Assembly: GCF_037042905.1 (NCBI RefSeq)
Contig: NC_087250.1
Coordinates: forward strand, 19,594,001 to 19,658,000
Source of the DNA: Lytechinus pictus
Taxonomy: Eukaryota
DNA: 64,000 nucleotides
Reading direction: 5' to 3'
Shown: positions 25,492 through 39,100 of the stretch, in pieces
Layout: the number at the start of each line of letters is the position of its first letter
Position numbering within the stretch: position 1 is the first letter of the stretch
Notes under the pieces: model-generated
What the model saw: the letters and a program-made list of their open reading frames with translations, nothing else
Database searches by the model: none
What the model was told of the DNA's origin: nothing
Program-made: the position numbers and the translations under genes

Positions 25492-27514
25492 TTTTTTGTT
25501 GCTATTTCTTCCTCTTTTACCCTATTTAATTAATTAATCCAGTTCTTTCAAGGGCGTAGGCTGCATGATTTTCTAAACTTTAGTTCCGCATTAATGTGCA
25601 CCCCCATACCACTTTAGTTCCACCTCCCAAGGATAGGCACCTCCCCATGCTCAAACCAGCCTATGCCCTTGTCTTTTAGCCATAACAGGCGCCTATCCAG
25701 GAATACGCACCGCGAGGGGCCCGACCTGATTTTGGCACTCCGTGAATTTTTCGAAAAAAGCGCCCCCTCCCCGCCAGGCAAACATAGGTGCCTTAAATGC
25801 ATGTTGAATAATCTTATTTCATAATCACATGAAAAAAGACAACCGAAGACCACCTTTTTTAGTATCCATGAAATAATGTAATACCCTGCGCTTTTTTAAA
25901 AGAATAAAAGCTAGTGCAAAGCGCGAGTGATTTTCTGTTTTTGTTTTTACTTAACGACCAGAAAGCATAATATTTTAATGACTTTGGGGTTTCAATTTAA
26001 GGTTAACTTCTCATAAGAGTATAGGCCCTATGAACGGAAGCTGTAAATTAATTACTAGTCGTTTTCCTTCAGGAATATTATTGATAATCTCTTGGAAATG
26101 ATGCGATCCCAAAAGCAATCGAATCAATTTCCCAATAGTGGTGAAGCTCGGATTTATTCAGCAGGGGGGGGGGGGGGGGCGCTGCGGTCTTCTTTCCCTT
26201 TACTCCTTTTCACCTTTTTTTTTCTCTTTCCCCTTCCTTTTTTCCTTTCCTTTCTCCCCCTTCCCTCTTCATTTTGTCCTTCTCTCTCTCTTCCCACTTG
26301 TTTCTCTTTCTCATCTTCTTTCCCTCCCTTTTCTTTTTGTCCTTCCCCTTTTTAGCGCCCCATGTTCGTCTACCGTATGCCCCGGGCACCGAGGGGCCCC
26401 CTCTAGAAGAATGAATAAGAAAAGAAAAACATTATTATTTTTGTCAATTTTAATTACATGCCATATTCTTGTCGACCTTATTTTGTTATATCTGTTTCCG
26501 ATGATCTTTCCACAGAAACATGAGGACTTTGTAAAAGTGAGTTCGCTGGATCTGGGCCAAATCTATTAAACGCTATCTCATATCAGCTTCGTCTGGACAC
26601 TCAGGGACAATGTACGGTGGTTATCTCATGGCCCTGCGTTGGAAGCGGGATTTAACCTCAATCACCACCACTAGAGAGTGAAGCCCCCGCCCCCCTCCTC
26701 CCTTTATTGCCGCTTGTCGAAATTTTAAGTTTCCTTACCGTAATCCCTTTCAGTCAGGAGTTAAACCTTTATTTTCATGTCAAAAGTTTCTTGACGACAG
26801 TCTCCTTCATCATTCGAAAGTGAAGATCCTTTTTCATGCTTGTCAAAATTAAGGTGTTGTGTCCTATCAGTATTTTATAACTTTACTCCCGGTACTTTAC
26901 TCGGTATATGCTAAAGTGATCGACATTGATGAATCCGACTCAAAACCTACCAATCACATATGATAAAGGTAACGTAAGTTACACAATAAAAAGACTGTTT
27001 AAATTTTTATACTATGCTGCTTACTTTTATGAACCTTACCGTTGTTTAAAGGGGGAGTTCACCCTGAGAAAAAGATTATCGTAAAAATAGCAGAAACAAT
27101 AAAAATATTGGTGAAGGTATGAGGAAAACGATTTAAAGATTAAAAAAGTTATTAGAATTCTATTTTTGTTTATGACGTCATATGTGATCAGCTTCCCATG
27201 ACGAATTACTTCACCTGAAAGAAAAAAAAATATGATGCATTTTATATTACATAACGTACGCCTAATATGGAGCAGCCGCTCGTATATGACGTCACAGACA
27301 AAAAAATAAATTCGAATAACTTTCTTAATCTTTGATGGAATTTCCTCAAACCTTAACTTTTTTATAATATATATTTTTTTCTGGTATATACAGCAAACTT
27401 CTTTAAGGTGGTGTCGTAACTCGTAACTCTGCTCGTTATACAATTATATGCTACAGCACGACACTGCCCAAACCGGACCCGTTTTTAAATAAGGTAATGG
27501 CTTTGGTCGCTCTG

Positions 27515-27667
27515 GGCCCCGTTGCATAAAAGTTTCCATTATGGTATCCTTGCCATCCAATGATAACTGGTCTGGAATCCTTGATTTTGATTGGCTGGGG
27601 ATCAGCGATACCATGGGAGTTACCATTGGATGGCAAAATTACCATTATACTTTTATGCGACCGGGCC
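27515..27667. mobile_element. PIF/Harbinger-like MITE
   Basis: ctg|GGCCCCGTTGCATAAAAG...CTTTTATGCGACCGGGCC|ctg. Confidence 0.7.
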
Positions 27668-30541
27668 CTGGAGTCGGTTTCGTTGGGTTGAAGGTCGCAC
27701 GGGCCTAATCACAACTGGCAGGCCATAGATATTCATTCGAGCCAACCCATGGCTCAATTTTTAAATTTGATATTGCTGATTGACAAAAATGAATGAATAT
27801 GACTGACACTCTAACACTGATTCTAGGGAGGGTACCTACTGAACTTACTTTTTCCAAATTGGAAAGATATATCACCACTATGGAACTATATTTTTACTGC
27901 CGGAAGAATTAGGGTAAGTTTACTCTCTCAAGTGATGAATTTGGTCCCGGCAGGTGTAGTCTTCATAAATGCTGATTTATTTTTAAAATGAGCCGGTCGA
28001 GGTACCCTTTTCTGGTCAGATATGGAATGTCAGACATTTATCCTATCCACTGGTAGTAAACATCCAACCCTCGAATTTCCTCCTTATTTTTTATGAATTC
28101 TTTTTAAGTGCCACTTTAACACAAGAGTCTATGGGAAATGAATTAGGCCTGTGAGCCCTGAACTGTGACATACCTTCTCTTAGCAGGGTGCCGATTTTAG
28201 ATTCTCAATAATTTTGTATACCCACCATCAGCTCACGTTCCAGTTTTCGTTTTAATGATAATATCAAGCGAAGTCGAACTCTTGATGCAAATTTATAATT
28301 CATCTTAATTTCATAAGAAAATTTACCCCAGGTAAAATCGAAAATTTATTTTTTTATTTTATGGGCAATACATTGTCGGTAAGAAATTTGTCAATGTTTC
28401 TCTGAAAAGATGTGTTTCGCATGCATTTAGAATATGGAGATGTTATTTACAATGTAAAAAAAAAATTGATTTTCATATTAAAGTCATCGGTCAATGCTTC
28501 GGTAACTTTTGTTTGATATAGGATTTAGAAGACCCCCAAGTGGACAATGCAAAACATACATAATAAAGCTTCATGGTCTTTTGATCCGAATGACTAGAAT
28601 ATTTATGATGTGCCATAATGTAATAAAGGCTTTCTGTAATCCCTTACAGAAGGTTCTTTTTATATCATTCTTTCTTATCACATAAAGTTATTTGAAAATG
28701 TAGACACATACGAAAAAAAAATTCCTTCAAAATATTTCCCCGGACTTTCTCTAGTTTTCAATTTAAATCCCCAATCTTACGATCTTTATACTCTTAATAT
28801 CATACATGTATCTAAATTTTATATTGTAAATATGTTTCTCCTTAATTGTTTTACATTTTGTTTATGTCTGTATTTGTAAGTCAATCATAATATAACCCTA
28901 TATGTTTTCATATATTAGAGACCTCTTTGTAAAACAGTGTTGATGTGTTATCAATGTTGAGTAGGGCAATCCTTCCGTCTTTTTACTGATAATTTCTTTG
29001 TAATTGGCATTGTTATTTTTTTTATTGACGGATAAAGATTACAATAAAATACAATTTTAGCTTGTGAATAAAATCGAACATTTCCAAGTTTACAAACAAA
29101 AATGGCATACATTAATTCAATTTCACATGTCTGTTTTTTATGAAAAGGATCCCTTTTCCGAATCAGATTCGGTGTCCTCCTAATTGTATATAAGAAAGCT
29201 ACAAATGAATATTTTATCCTGATATATTCCATCTCATTCTGCTAGCTCCTAAGATTCTGGTTTCATATATACCGAAGACAGAAAACCCAATTAAACATAA
29301 TCACATACTCTCTTTTGCCAAAAATCTTTCTGTCTAAACATTGAACTAGAATTTTGATATGTATTACATTAAAATGAGCGGAATACTCATGTTTCTCTTG
29401 TTGCTAGTGTACCAATATCTTGAATATGTTGAAAGATAAGCATTAAAAAAACATAAACGCTAACGCGTTAAAAATGCTATGAAATAGTGTGCATTGATGT
29501 TGAGTATCGACGAATGGATTTTCCTTGGGGTGCTGCGTGTATTTATCTCCGTAGGCAGCATCCCCTGGAATATATAGGTGTGACAAAATAAAGAAATGTA
29601 ACCGAAATTACCTACATTTTGTAACCCTTTCTTTTTTTTGCTTGTCAGATTTCTCGGGACCAAAATGACCGTCATTTTAAGGTGAAACCCTTTTTTTTTT
29701 GCTTGTCAAATTTACATCAGCCCCCAATGTAAAAAAATTTTATAATAGCAATTAGCATATGTAAGCATTGGCGTAAAAATGGGAGGGGGTGGGGGTCATT
29801 GGGGCCATGGACATCCCAGATTTTCAGAAGTAAGAAAAAAACAAGAAATAAGGAAAGGAAAACTGGTTTCATTAGATGAATTTCGAGTTGCGATTGATTG
29901 CAACTCTTTTTGCAATGGGTCCCAGGAGGAATCATAGGTATGACTTTCTTTAAAGTGGACGTTCACCCTGACAGAAAGTTTATTATCAAAATAGCAGAAA
30001 AAATAATAAAAAGTACTGGCGAAGGTTTGAGGAAAATCCATCAAAGATTAAAAAAAAAGTTATTACAAGGTATTTTTTTTGTTTAGTGACGTCACATGCT
30101 AGCAGTTTTCCATGCATTGTGAATTACTCATATCAACTGATGAATGTCATTTTCTTCAAAAATTGTAATTTTGGTTTATTGTACTTTCAGTATTTCAACA
30201 GATAAATCATTTCACAATCACTCCTGATATAATTTTTTTGGCATCTTGAACAATTATACATATTTTTTTATTTATGTATTTTATATCATATTGCTCGTTT
30301 TTTATGTAAAAAATCAAAAACTTAAAATAATAATAAATAATCTTTGATGGATTATTCTCAAACCTTCACCATTATTTATAGAAAAATCTTTTTCTGCAGG
30401 TTTTTTTGCAACAAACTTTTCGTCAGGGTGAACTTTGAGTTAATCCATTATGTGCAACGGACCAAATTCACATCGCACCCAGCATCCTACACACACACAC
30501 ACACACACGTATACCACACTCCCTCGCACCCACCCCAAACA

Positions 30542-30576
<35 letters not shown>

Positions 30577-31277
30577 CCACCACCCACACAACGAACTTAA
30601 ACATTCCTCTGCATAAATCCACGTATAGACCTACGGCATACGAATATAAAAATATACCCCCGCATAATATTATGACTCTATTTCGTATTATATAATATAT
30701 AACCAGATAAATTATGAAATATAGATAGCTAGCTATGGCTTTTGATACAAGTACGGTACACTGCACTAAAAAAATCGCATCTTCTTGAAAGTAACTGAAG
30801 TTCCGATATAATGTATTTGACCTTTTTCTTGCCTGCAGCCGATACAATGGTTCAACTAAGTGAATCAAGAGCTCTTGAAAATGAGGTGTCTAAATCTATT
30901 TCAATACATCGTTAACTTTTGAGACGTTCGGTACATGACCATTCTTTAAGAGAGTTTGATATTAATCTGGTCATCTGATTGGTCAAAATAACGAACTAGT
31001 CCTGTTACTAGGGGTAACGGGTAACGCCCATTTCCTTCAAGTGTATTGTGAAATGATGCTAAGATCTCAATTTGTTTACGCGCATTAAGAGATCAAAGGA
31101 GACCAACTGTCAACTGAAAATATTCTTCTTTCTTTAAGACTTTATTTGAGTGTCACAAACGACAAACTGTCGGCGTGTTCCTTAACTCCATTCGATGTAT
31201 CAAATAGGAAAGAAATTTAGCCACATGAGGTGACCCACTTGAAAGTGGCAATGATGATTTGATCATAAATAATTGTA

Positions 31278-31520
31278 CACTGCAAAAACTCCAGTGTTGA
31301 TTTAACACCAGCCCGGAATCTATATTATGTCCTCACCAGAGATGTATTGAAATAACACCAGCTTGGAATCAAACCGATGCTGTCTTGATACTAATCGGTG
31401 TTGTATAAACACCTATCTGGTGTTAGACCAAAACGAAATTGGTGTTGTTTAACACTTCTCTGATGTGGACATATATAGATTCCGGGCTGGTGTTAAGTCA
31501 ACACCAGAGTTTTTGCAGTG
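31278..31520. mobile_element. CACTG-terminated (CMC/EnSpm-like) MITE; relatives at 48352-48539, 55179-55420, 55473-55706
   Basis: ta|CACTGCAAAAACTCC...GAGTTTTTGCAGTG|ta with internal AACACC repeats. Confidence 0.75.
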
Positions 31521-31887
31521 TATTGTTATAACATTTACTACAATCATGAATGACAATGATGACTTATTTCCTTCTAATCCTTATAACATTCATATGATAA
31601 CTTGCCAATTAAGACATATCACGTCTCAGTCGGTCTATGCGTCAAGACATTCTTGTTTTATCTATTAAGATGCATGAAATGATCATCATATTTTACCAAC
31701 CTTTTTTACAAACCGAATTTGATATTCAGACTACCCTAATGGATCGATGGCCGGATTCACCGGTTAACTCTGTTTTGAATTTTGTGTTCCTTTGAGAGAG
31801 AGAGAGAAAAAAAAGTTTGTCGGTTCTAATATGATCTTCATTCATCATTAATCTTGTTTAAGTCTCAGTTCAGTTAAATTGGTAGCA

Positions 31888-32036
31888 TTATTGAGGATCC
31901 GCGTCGAAGAACGTCACGTTGTGAACGGTCCGTGGAACCTTATACCAACACGTAAGGCCTATGTATCCGTCGGGGCAGGTGCATGAGTCGCTTTCACAAA
32001 CAGCCCCGTTCATGCATGGGTCGATGTTGCAATCAA
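31888..32036 (-). CDS. EGF exon 5, terminal
   Basis: IDCNIDPCMNGAVCESDSCTCPDGYIGLTCWYKVPRTVHNVTFFDADPQ*; ttgcag| acceptor. Confidence 0.88.
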
Positions 32037-35000
32037 CTGCAATTGAAAACGAATTAGAAAATATAAATGATTAGTTGTTAACTCCTAAGGCGGAGCCAGA
32101 ATATTTTGATAAGGGGGGGGGGGGGAGGTGGGGCAAGTTGAGCCGAAGGTAACTTCATATAAATATGCATATATTAATACATAGGCCTATATGTATTTAA
32201 GTATAGGGGTATTTAGAGTTTCACTAAGCAAACGACTTCTAATTACATTCTTCCTTTTTATTTCTTTTTTCTTTCTCGCTCCTTTTCTCTTTATTCTCAC
32301 TACTAAAAAAATCATTTATTTTTTCTTGTAACGTATATTTTTTTCATTAACCAAAAAATAAAACAACAAATTAGGCTGCTATTCCAATTACAATAAATAG
32401 ACTACGTTATCAGATAATTTTCGTCACTTGATAAAGAGTTGCAGCGGCACTCGAAAGCTCGTGAACTTGTAAGCTAGTGAACACTTTTTGCGAGAGTGAT
32501 CACGAATTCCCTTGTTGACCATATTAGATTGCGAGACAAATGAATACCCTGTAGCGATTATTACAATTACCTCCTTTGACACCAAGAAAGCAGGCACATG
32601 GGAACGATTTATTTTCCCTGGGGGTGCTGATGTGAATTTGAGTTGACCCCCCCCCCACTAAAAAAAAAAGAGTTTCACTACAAAATGGAGGTCAAATTGG
32701 TCCAGAGAAATTTGAAAGGCAAAAACAAACAAACAAAACAAGGTTCCCAATATTCAAATGCTTACAACTTTTTTTTTATTTGTCCGATTGTTCTCAAACT
32801 TTCGTTGATCGGTTTCTTTGATTTTTCTGTTTTCACACAAGCTATCTTATTCCAAAGGTTTCATTCTCCTTTAAGAAATGAACTAAAAAAAATATAAGTT
32901 TATATAAACGCGTCATCAGGGCCGGGGCTCCATCTAATATCGACCTATCATCCAGGGGCGGGGCGGGGCGGGGCGGGAGACCAAATGCAAACCCTAGTCT
33001 GCTGTGCAAAGCTTTCACTCGAGTTAAGGGTCTGAATGTGCAGCCCACTCATGCCTTGTGTATTGAAGGCCATCTTGCTCAGAATTGAAACTGCATTATG
33101 TGCTAGTCTTTGCGTGGAGACACACTTGCAGATCAAAGTTTCAATCAGGGTCTGTGCCTGCAGACTAGGCATACCCCTACATGTAGCCCATATTCATCCA
33201 CTTCCCACAAGCCCCCCACATAAAACCAACATATTTGAATCTATGAGTGTTAAAATAAATATAAATAATAATAATAAAAGAGGGTATGTATGTGGAGCGT
33301 TGTGGCCCAGTGGATTAGTCTTCGGACTTTGAAACAGAGGGTCGTGGGTTCTAATCCCAGCCATGGCGTAATTTCCTTCGGCAAGAAACTGATCCTTAAT
33401 GTGCTGCACTCAACCCAGGTGAGGTAAATGGGTACCGATAGAAAGTAAATCCTTAAAAAGCTGTGTGCGCTATAAACGCTTAGCTTAGCCGGGTAATATA
33501 CATTGTAGGAGCGCCTTGGGCACCTAACAAGGTGGATATGTGCGCAATATAAATACCTTATATTATTATTATTATTATCAAGCGCATAACAACTAATGAA
33601 GTTCTGTATGCGTTTTACAATTTTGAATGAACACAATATGAATATACAAAAACACAGAAAAATTATTCATCAATGGTAACAATAATATGAACTGAATTTA
33701 ATTTATTTTCATACGTCACGTAATGTGTAACAAAATATAACACAATACAAGAAATACATTTGATTATAATACAGAAGATTATGACTCTAGCAATAAATGA
33801 AAGTGAAATGTAAAAGAACCTGCATAAAAAGCAGAGCTTGTAATGTCTGCAGGTTCCTTATATACAGTGCGTATCAAAAAACGGGACAGTTTTGAAAAGT
33901 CTATCAAAATTTTGTTTCAAATTATGATGTCTATATTTTGTTGTTCATAGATAATCTGAAGTCTTATCTTTCAAATGCCATTAAAAAATATCAGTTTTGT
34001 TCATGCTTGAGCGAACACGGAACACTTTTGTGAGGGGTTAAAAAAGGCTTGCGCAAAACAGCAGAAAATGAGAAAATACTGACTGCTTGCTAATCAGCAA
34101 ATTTCCTTATAATATTTTTATTATCTTTGCCATAATTTTCGAATTATGCCATCAAAATCCATTTACAAATCTATTCATTTACTTAAATTGTTTTGTTGGT
34201 GTTTTTCAAATATGGTATCTTTTAGCAAATTCAGAATGTTTTTTCATAAGTAAAAACAAATGAAAAAATTGTCAACCCAAGAAAGGGGATTCGTATTGTT
34301 AATGGGATAGCTTGTAATTTGATCAAATCCTTTTATTGTGGGCTGCAAAGGTTTTGGTGCCTTTGAAAGACATGAATTCTTCTGTTAGAATTAATATTGT
34401 CCTGTCAAGCACAAAATTTGACTTGTTCAAGGAATCAATGTCCCCTTGACAATAGGATTCATGTCTTTCAAATGCACCATAACCTTTGTTGCACATAATA
34501 AAAGGATATGAATAAATTACAAGCTCTTCCATTGATAATGGATATCTCCTTGCTTAGGTTGACAATATTTTTTTGTTACTTATGAAAGAATATTCAATGC
34601 TAAAAGATAACATATTTAAATGCAACAAGGTGGTTTGCGAACCAAAAATCTCGCCTGATTTCGCGATAATTAAAATATGCAATATAATCTTTTGACCCCT
34701 AGACGACCTTTGACCCCATAATCCTCATGGATACTCATGTAGTATTACCCAAGAATCATATGTGCCAAGTATGAACATGATTGATGCAGAAATAACGAAA
34801 TCAGAGCAAGTTGAACAAAAACTTAAAAAAAGGATGGACATGACCACATATCATTTGACCTTTTGACCCCTAGACGACCTTTGACCTCATCATCCTCATG
34901 AACAGATATGTAAAATTATCAAATGATAATATTTACCAAGTATGAACATAATTGATGTAGAAATAAAGAAATGAGAGCAAATTGAATAAAAACTAGCAAA

Positions 35001-35815
35001 AAGTCTGATAATCAATATTTTCTAGTTTTCTGGCATTTGGCGGAAGCCTTTTAAGTTTTTTTTAAAGCATTGGAAAGATAAGACATCAGAGCATCTATTA
35101 ATATCAAAATATAGACATCATAATTTGAAACTAAATTTTGATAGACTTGTCTAAACTGTCCGTTTTTTTTATACGCACTGTATAAACCAAAATATAACAT
35201 AATAATAATAATAATAATAAAAAATAGTAAAAAGATAATGCTTATAGCGCATATCACTGTCAAATGCGTCTCTATGCGCTTAATTAGATATCATTACCCT
35301 GGCTTTAGCCCCGCAGCCTTTTACAGCGCGGTGGCATTTCAAGGAATAAATTCCTGCCAGGTACCCATTTACCTCACCTGGGTCGAGTGCAGCACAATGT
35401 GGATAAATTTCTTGCCGAAGTAAATTACGCCATGGATGGGATTCAAACCCACGACCCTCTGTTTCAAAGTCCGAAGACTAATCCACTGGTCCACAACGCT
35501 CCTCACTTACTTGATTCACATGTACTGCCTTTGAACCCTGGTGGGCATTGGCATAAATCGTTGCTACACGTTGATCCAATTTTACAGGGATTAATATCAC
35601 AGTCAACTGGAATTTAAAAATGAAATTAATTATAAAAATAGAGGGCGCTTGTGATACTTGAGTGAATGATTTGTTAATGTTAAAGGTCTATTTCATTTGC
35701 TTACAATTTTATTGTCTATAGATTAGTAAATAAAGAAAAAGTACAAATGGTTCGAAATTAACATTATTATCCAACCCACTAACCCATTATTACCACCACC
35801 ACCATCATTATCATT

Positions 35816-35852
<37 letters not shown>

Positions 35853-35926
35853 CCATCACCATCATCATCATTATCATCATCATCATCACCATCATCATCA
35901 TCACCATCACCATCATCATCATCATT

Positions 35927-35957
<31 letters not shown>

Positions 35958-35974
35958 TAATCATCACCATCATC

Positions 35975-36006
<32 letters not shown>

Positions 36007-36166
36007 CATCATCATCACCATCATCATCACCATCATCATCATTATCATCATCACCATCATCATCATCATCATCATCATCATCACCATCATCATCACCATC
36101 ATCATCATCATTATCATCATCATCATCATCATCATCACCATCATCATCATCATAATCATTATCATC

Positions 36167-36198
<32 letters not shown>

Positions 36199-39100
36199 CA
36201 TTATCATCATCACCATCATCATCATCACCATCATCATCACCATCATCACAATCACTATCGTCATCATCACGATCATCATCATTATCATCACCACCACCAC
36301 TATCATTATCAGTATCATCACTATTATCATCATTACTATCATCATCATCACAATCACCTTCATCATCATCATCATCATCTGTTACCATCATTATCAGCAT
36401 CTTTGGTAGGGCCATGCAGCTCATGTATAACACTGCACCTGACTAATGAAGTAATTAAGGTATAATAAAGAATATTTATGATTACATACACAAGTGCTTG
36501 TATTCAGATCTGGGCCCGTATTCTGAAGTCAGGTTTAACTTAGACTCAGGTTTAAAGTTGTGGTTTAAGTATGGATAGCCAATTGTTACATAAATCACTA
36601 ACAGTAGAGATATCATATTTCAGCTCATTTGGCTCTTAAATCATTCATAGCTGTGTAGGAAGTATAAATAGATAATCGTCTTCACCGTCGATGAATCAGG
36701 AAAGAGCACAGTAAACATAAGAAACATACAACTTAATAAAACAATTTGACACTTTTGGCTTCAAATAATTTTAGCACAGAGTTAGACCACGGTCTAAGTT
36801 AAACCTGACTTCAGAATACGGACCCTGGGGTTTAACTAAGACCATGGTCTACCTCTGAGCTAAATTATGGGAAGCCAATGACCTGCTCATTTGTACCTCT
36901 ATACTGTTAGATATTACGTCACCATTTGCTACCCATAATTAAACTGCAACTTTAGACCAGAGTTTAAATTATAGCCGGCTTCAGAATACTGGCCTTAAGG
37001 ATAAGAGACCTACCGAATTCACAGTTATTGCCGATAAACCCATACATGCAGGCACACGAATCATTATTGCAAGTACCTCCATTCAGACACGCATCATCAC
37101 CATCGCAGATATCTGTAAAAAAAACAAAAAAAAAACAAATAAATAAAGAAAAAGAAAATAAAAACAAAACAAACACATATCATTATGACACGCTGATCAA
37201 TTCAGATCAGTATTACGATATGATCTGAATATCATAGTGTACAGAAGCGATCAGTGGTTTTACTACATTAAAAAGACTAACGAACGTAGAGGGCGTCAAA
37301 ACTTTGCAGTGTTGACCTCCTGTACGTTCAATGATACTGCCCATACTGAAAATATACTAGCCAATTAGGAAAAATAGTTTATTAACGAAATTATTTTGGA
37401 TGTAAGAGGGATCATATACCACGGGCATTAATCAGTGACGTCGTGAGGGGGGGGGGGGGGGGGAGGGGAGATGGAACAACAGATCATCCCAATGCTGAAT
37501 AGGATCTTACATGCTTCAATACATTTGATTCCCGAGATTATCCAGTAGCCGCTTTCGCAGCCACAGAAGTAGGACCCGTATGTGTTGTTGCAAACTCCGT
37601 GTGATAGATCGCATGGAAACGGGTCCGACAAACATTCGTCAACATCTACATATTAAAAAAAAAAACAGATATAGAATTGTAGTGAGTAGTTGTCAACGAA
37701 CGTAGAGGGCGTCACATCTATTGCACAGTGTTGACACCCTCTACGATTGTCGGTAGTGGCGGGGAAATCCTGCTGAAAAGTCTACTTTCACAATTTCATT
37801 TTATTCATTGATTGATAAGAATTTACTTAATTTCATTGGTGTCGATCCAAGAGGGGAATCTATTGTTCAAAGGGGATGATCTGTTGTTTCATCCCCCTGA
37901 ATAGTATGACGTCATGGATCGACACCAGTGCTTCGTTTTAAAGCTAAATTACAGTAGTTGCAGTAAAACACTAATTTCGTGAGAAAGTCTGTAAAACCAA
38001 GGTTAAGTATGACTTTATCATCGTGGATCTAGATCTGTTACAGTTACATAAACTGAACTTTGTGAAATCATAAAATCTAAGCTGAAATACGATCACACTG
38101 AAGATCGCCAACACAGATAGACACATGTGGGACAGTGTATTATTATTGCTGGAATAAAGACCCGACGGAAGTGCCCGAATCCGCGCTTATTTTGCTTATT
38201 TCTCAGCAATTACACAATTTCTTCCAGAACCCTTTGGCACATATTTTTTATTCATACAAACAGACACTTGGGTGGTCATTATATTAGATTCTGTAAAAAT
38301 TAATTTTGAGATCATTACCAGAACTGGAATTTACCTTTAAGTTCAACAATAAAATCACATTTTTTTTTAATGCTAAGGATTTACTTCATTTCAAAGTCAA
38401 CAATAAAATCACAATTATTCTACGTGCATGAAAATATATGTTTGTAAATTTGTATGACATTCCTACCATGAATATGTAAAAGGGATTTTCTTTTCAGGTA
38501 TGATTAATATTTCAATGAGAATGATGTTGTGTGTTAATCATCAAGCTGGGATGTGTTCCTTATTGCTTACGGTAATATTGAGAAAAGATTATACTTATAT
38601 TATGTAGTATACGCTTGGCAATTGAGTCTAGGAACTCTTGTTGAAATGCTCCCCAGGGAGTGGAAAGGTGCATATATTGTATGCGGTCATGCCAGGATCC
38701 GATAACCGGGGTAATGTAAAGCACTAAGAGACGTCGTTCCAATGTACTATATAAAAGCGGATTATTATCATTATTACTTTTGTTCTTGAAATGTGGAAAT
38801 TAAATCAGATCAAATAACAAAAAATCCTTTCACACGCTTCAATCAATCGGAAATGTTTGTGTTACGGGTAACCAGGATAATGTGTAAGTATATAAAACAT
38901 ACCGAGTTCGCATCGTGTGCCGTTCAAAGTGGGTGTGCAGATACACCTAGCTTCAGTCTCGTGATTGACACAGGTACCTCCCCCTTCACAGGTCCACATG
39001 CAGCAATAATCAACTGAGAAATTAGTCACAGGTAAAAGAAAAAGTGAGAGAAGAGCAATAGAGATAGGCAGACACAAAGAGAGAGGGGAGAGAGAGTGTG

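Noticed and set aside
32495..32590. Extra EGF-like exon on the minus strand (VKGGNCNNRYRVFIC)
   Set aside because: In-frame stop, missing cysteines and no good splice sites; the flanking exons already join in phase.
33294..33365. tRNA gene
   Set aside because: Continues into a SINE body with an ATT tail and has a second copy at 35200-35502.
35723..36433. 236-aa poly-Asp and 199-aa poly-Met ORFs
   Set aside because: Translations of an intronic (ATC)n microsatellite.
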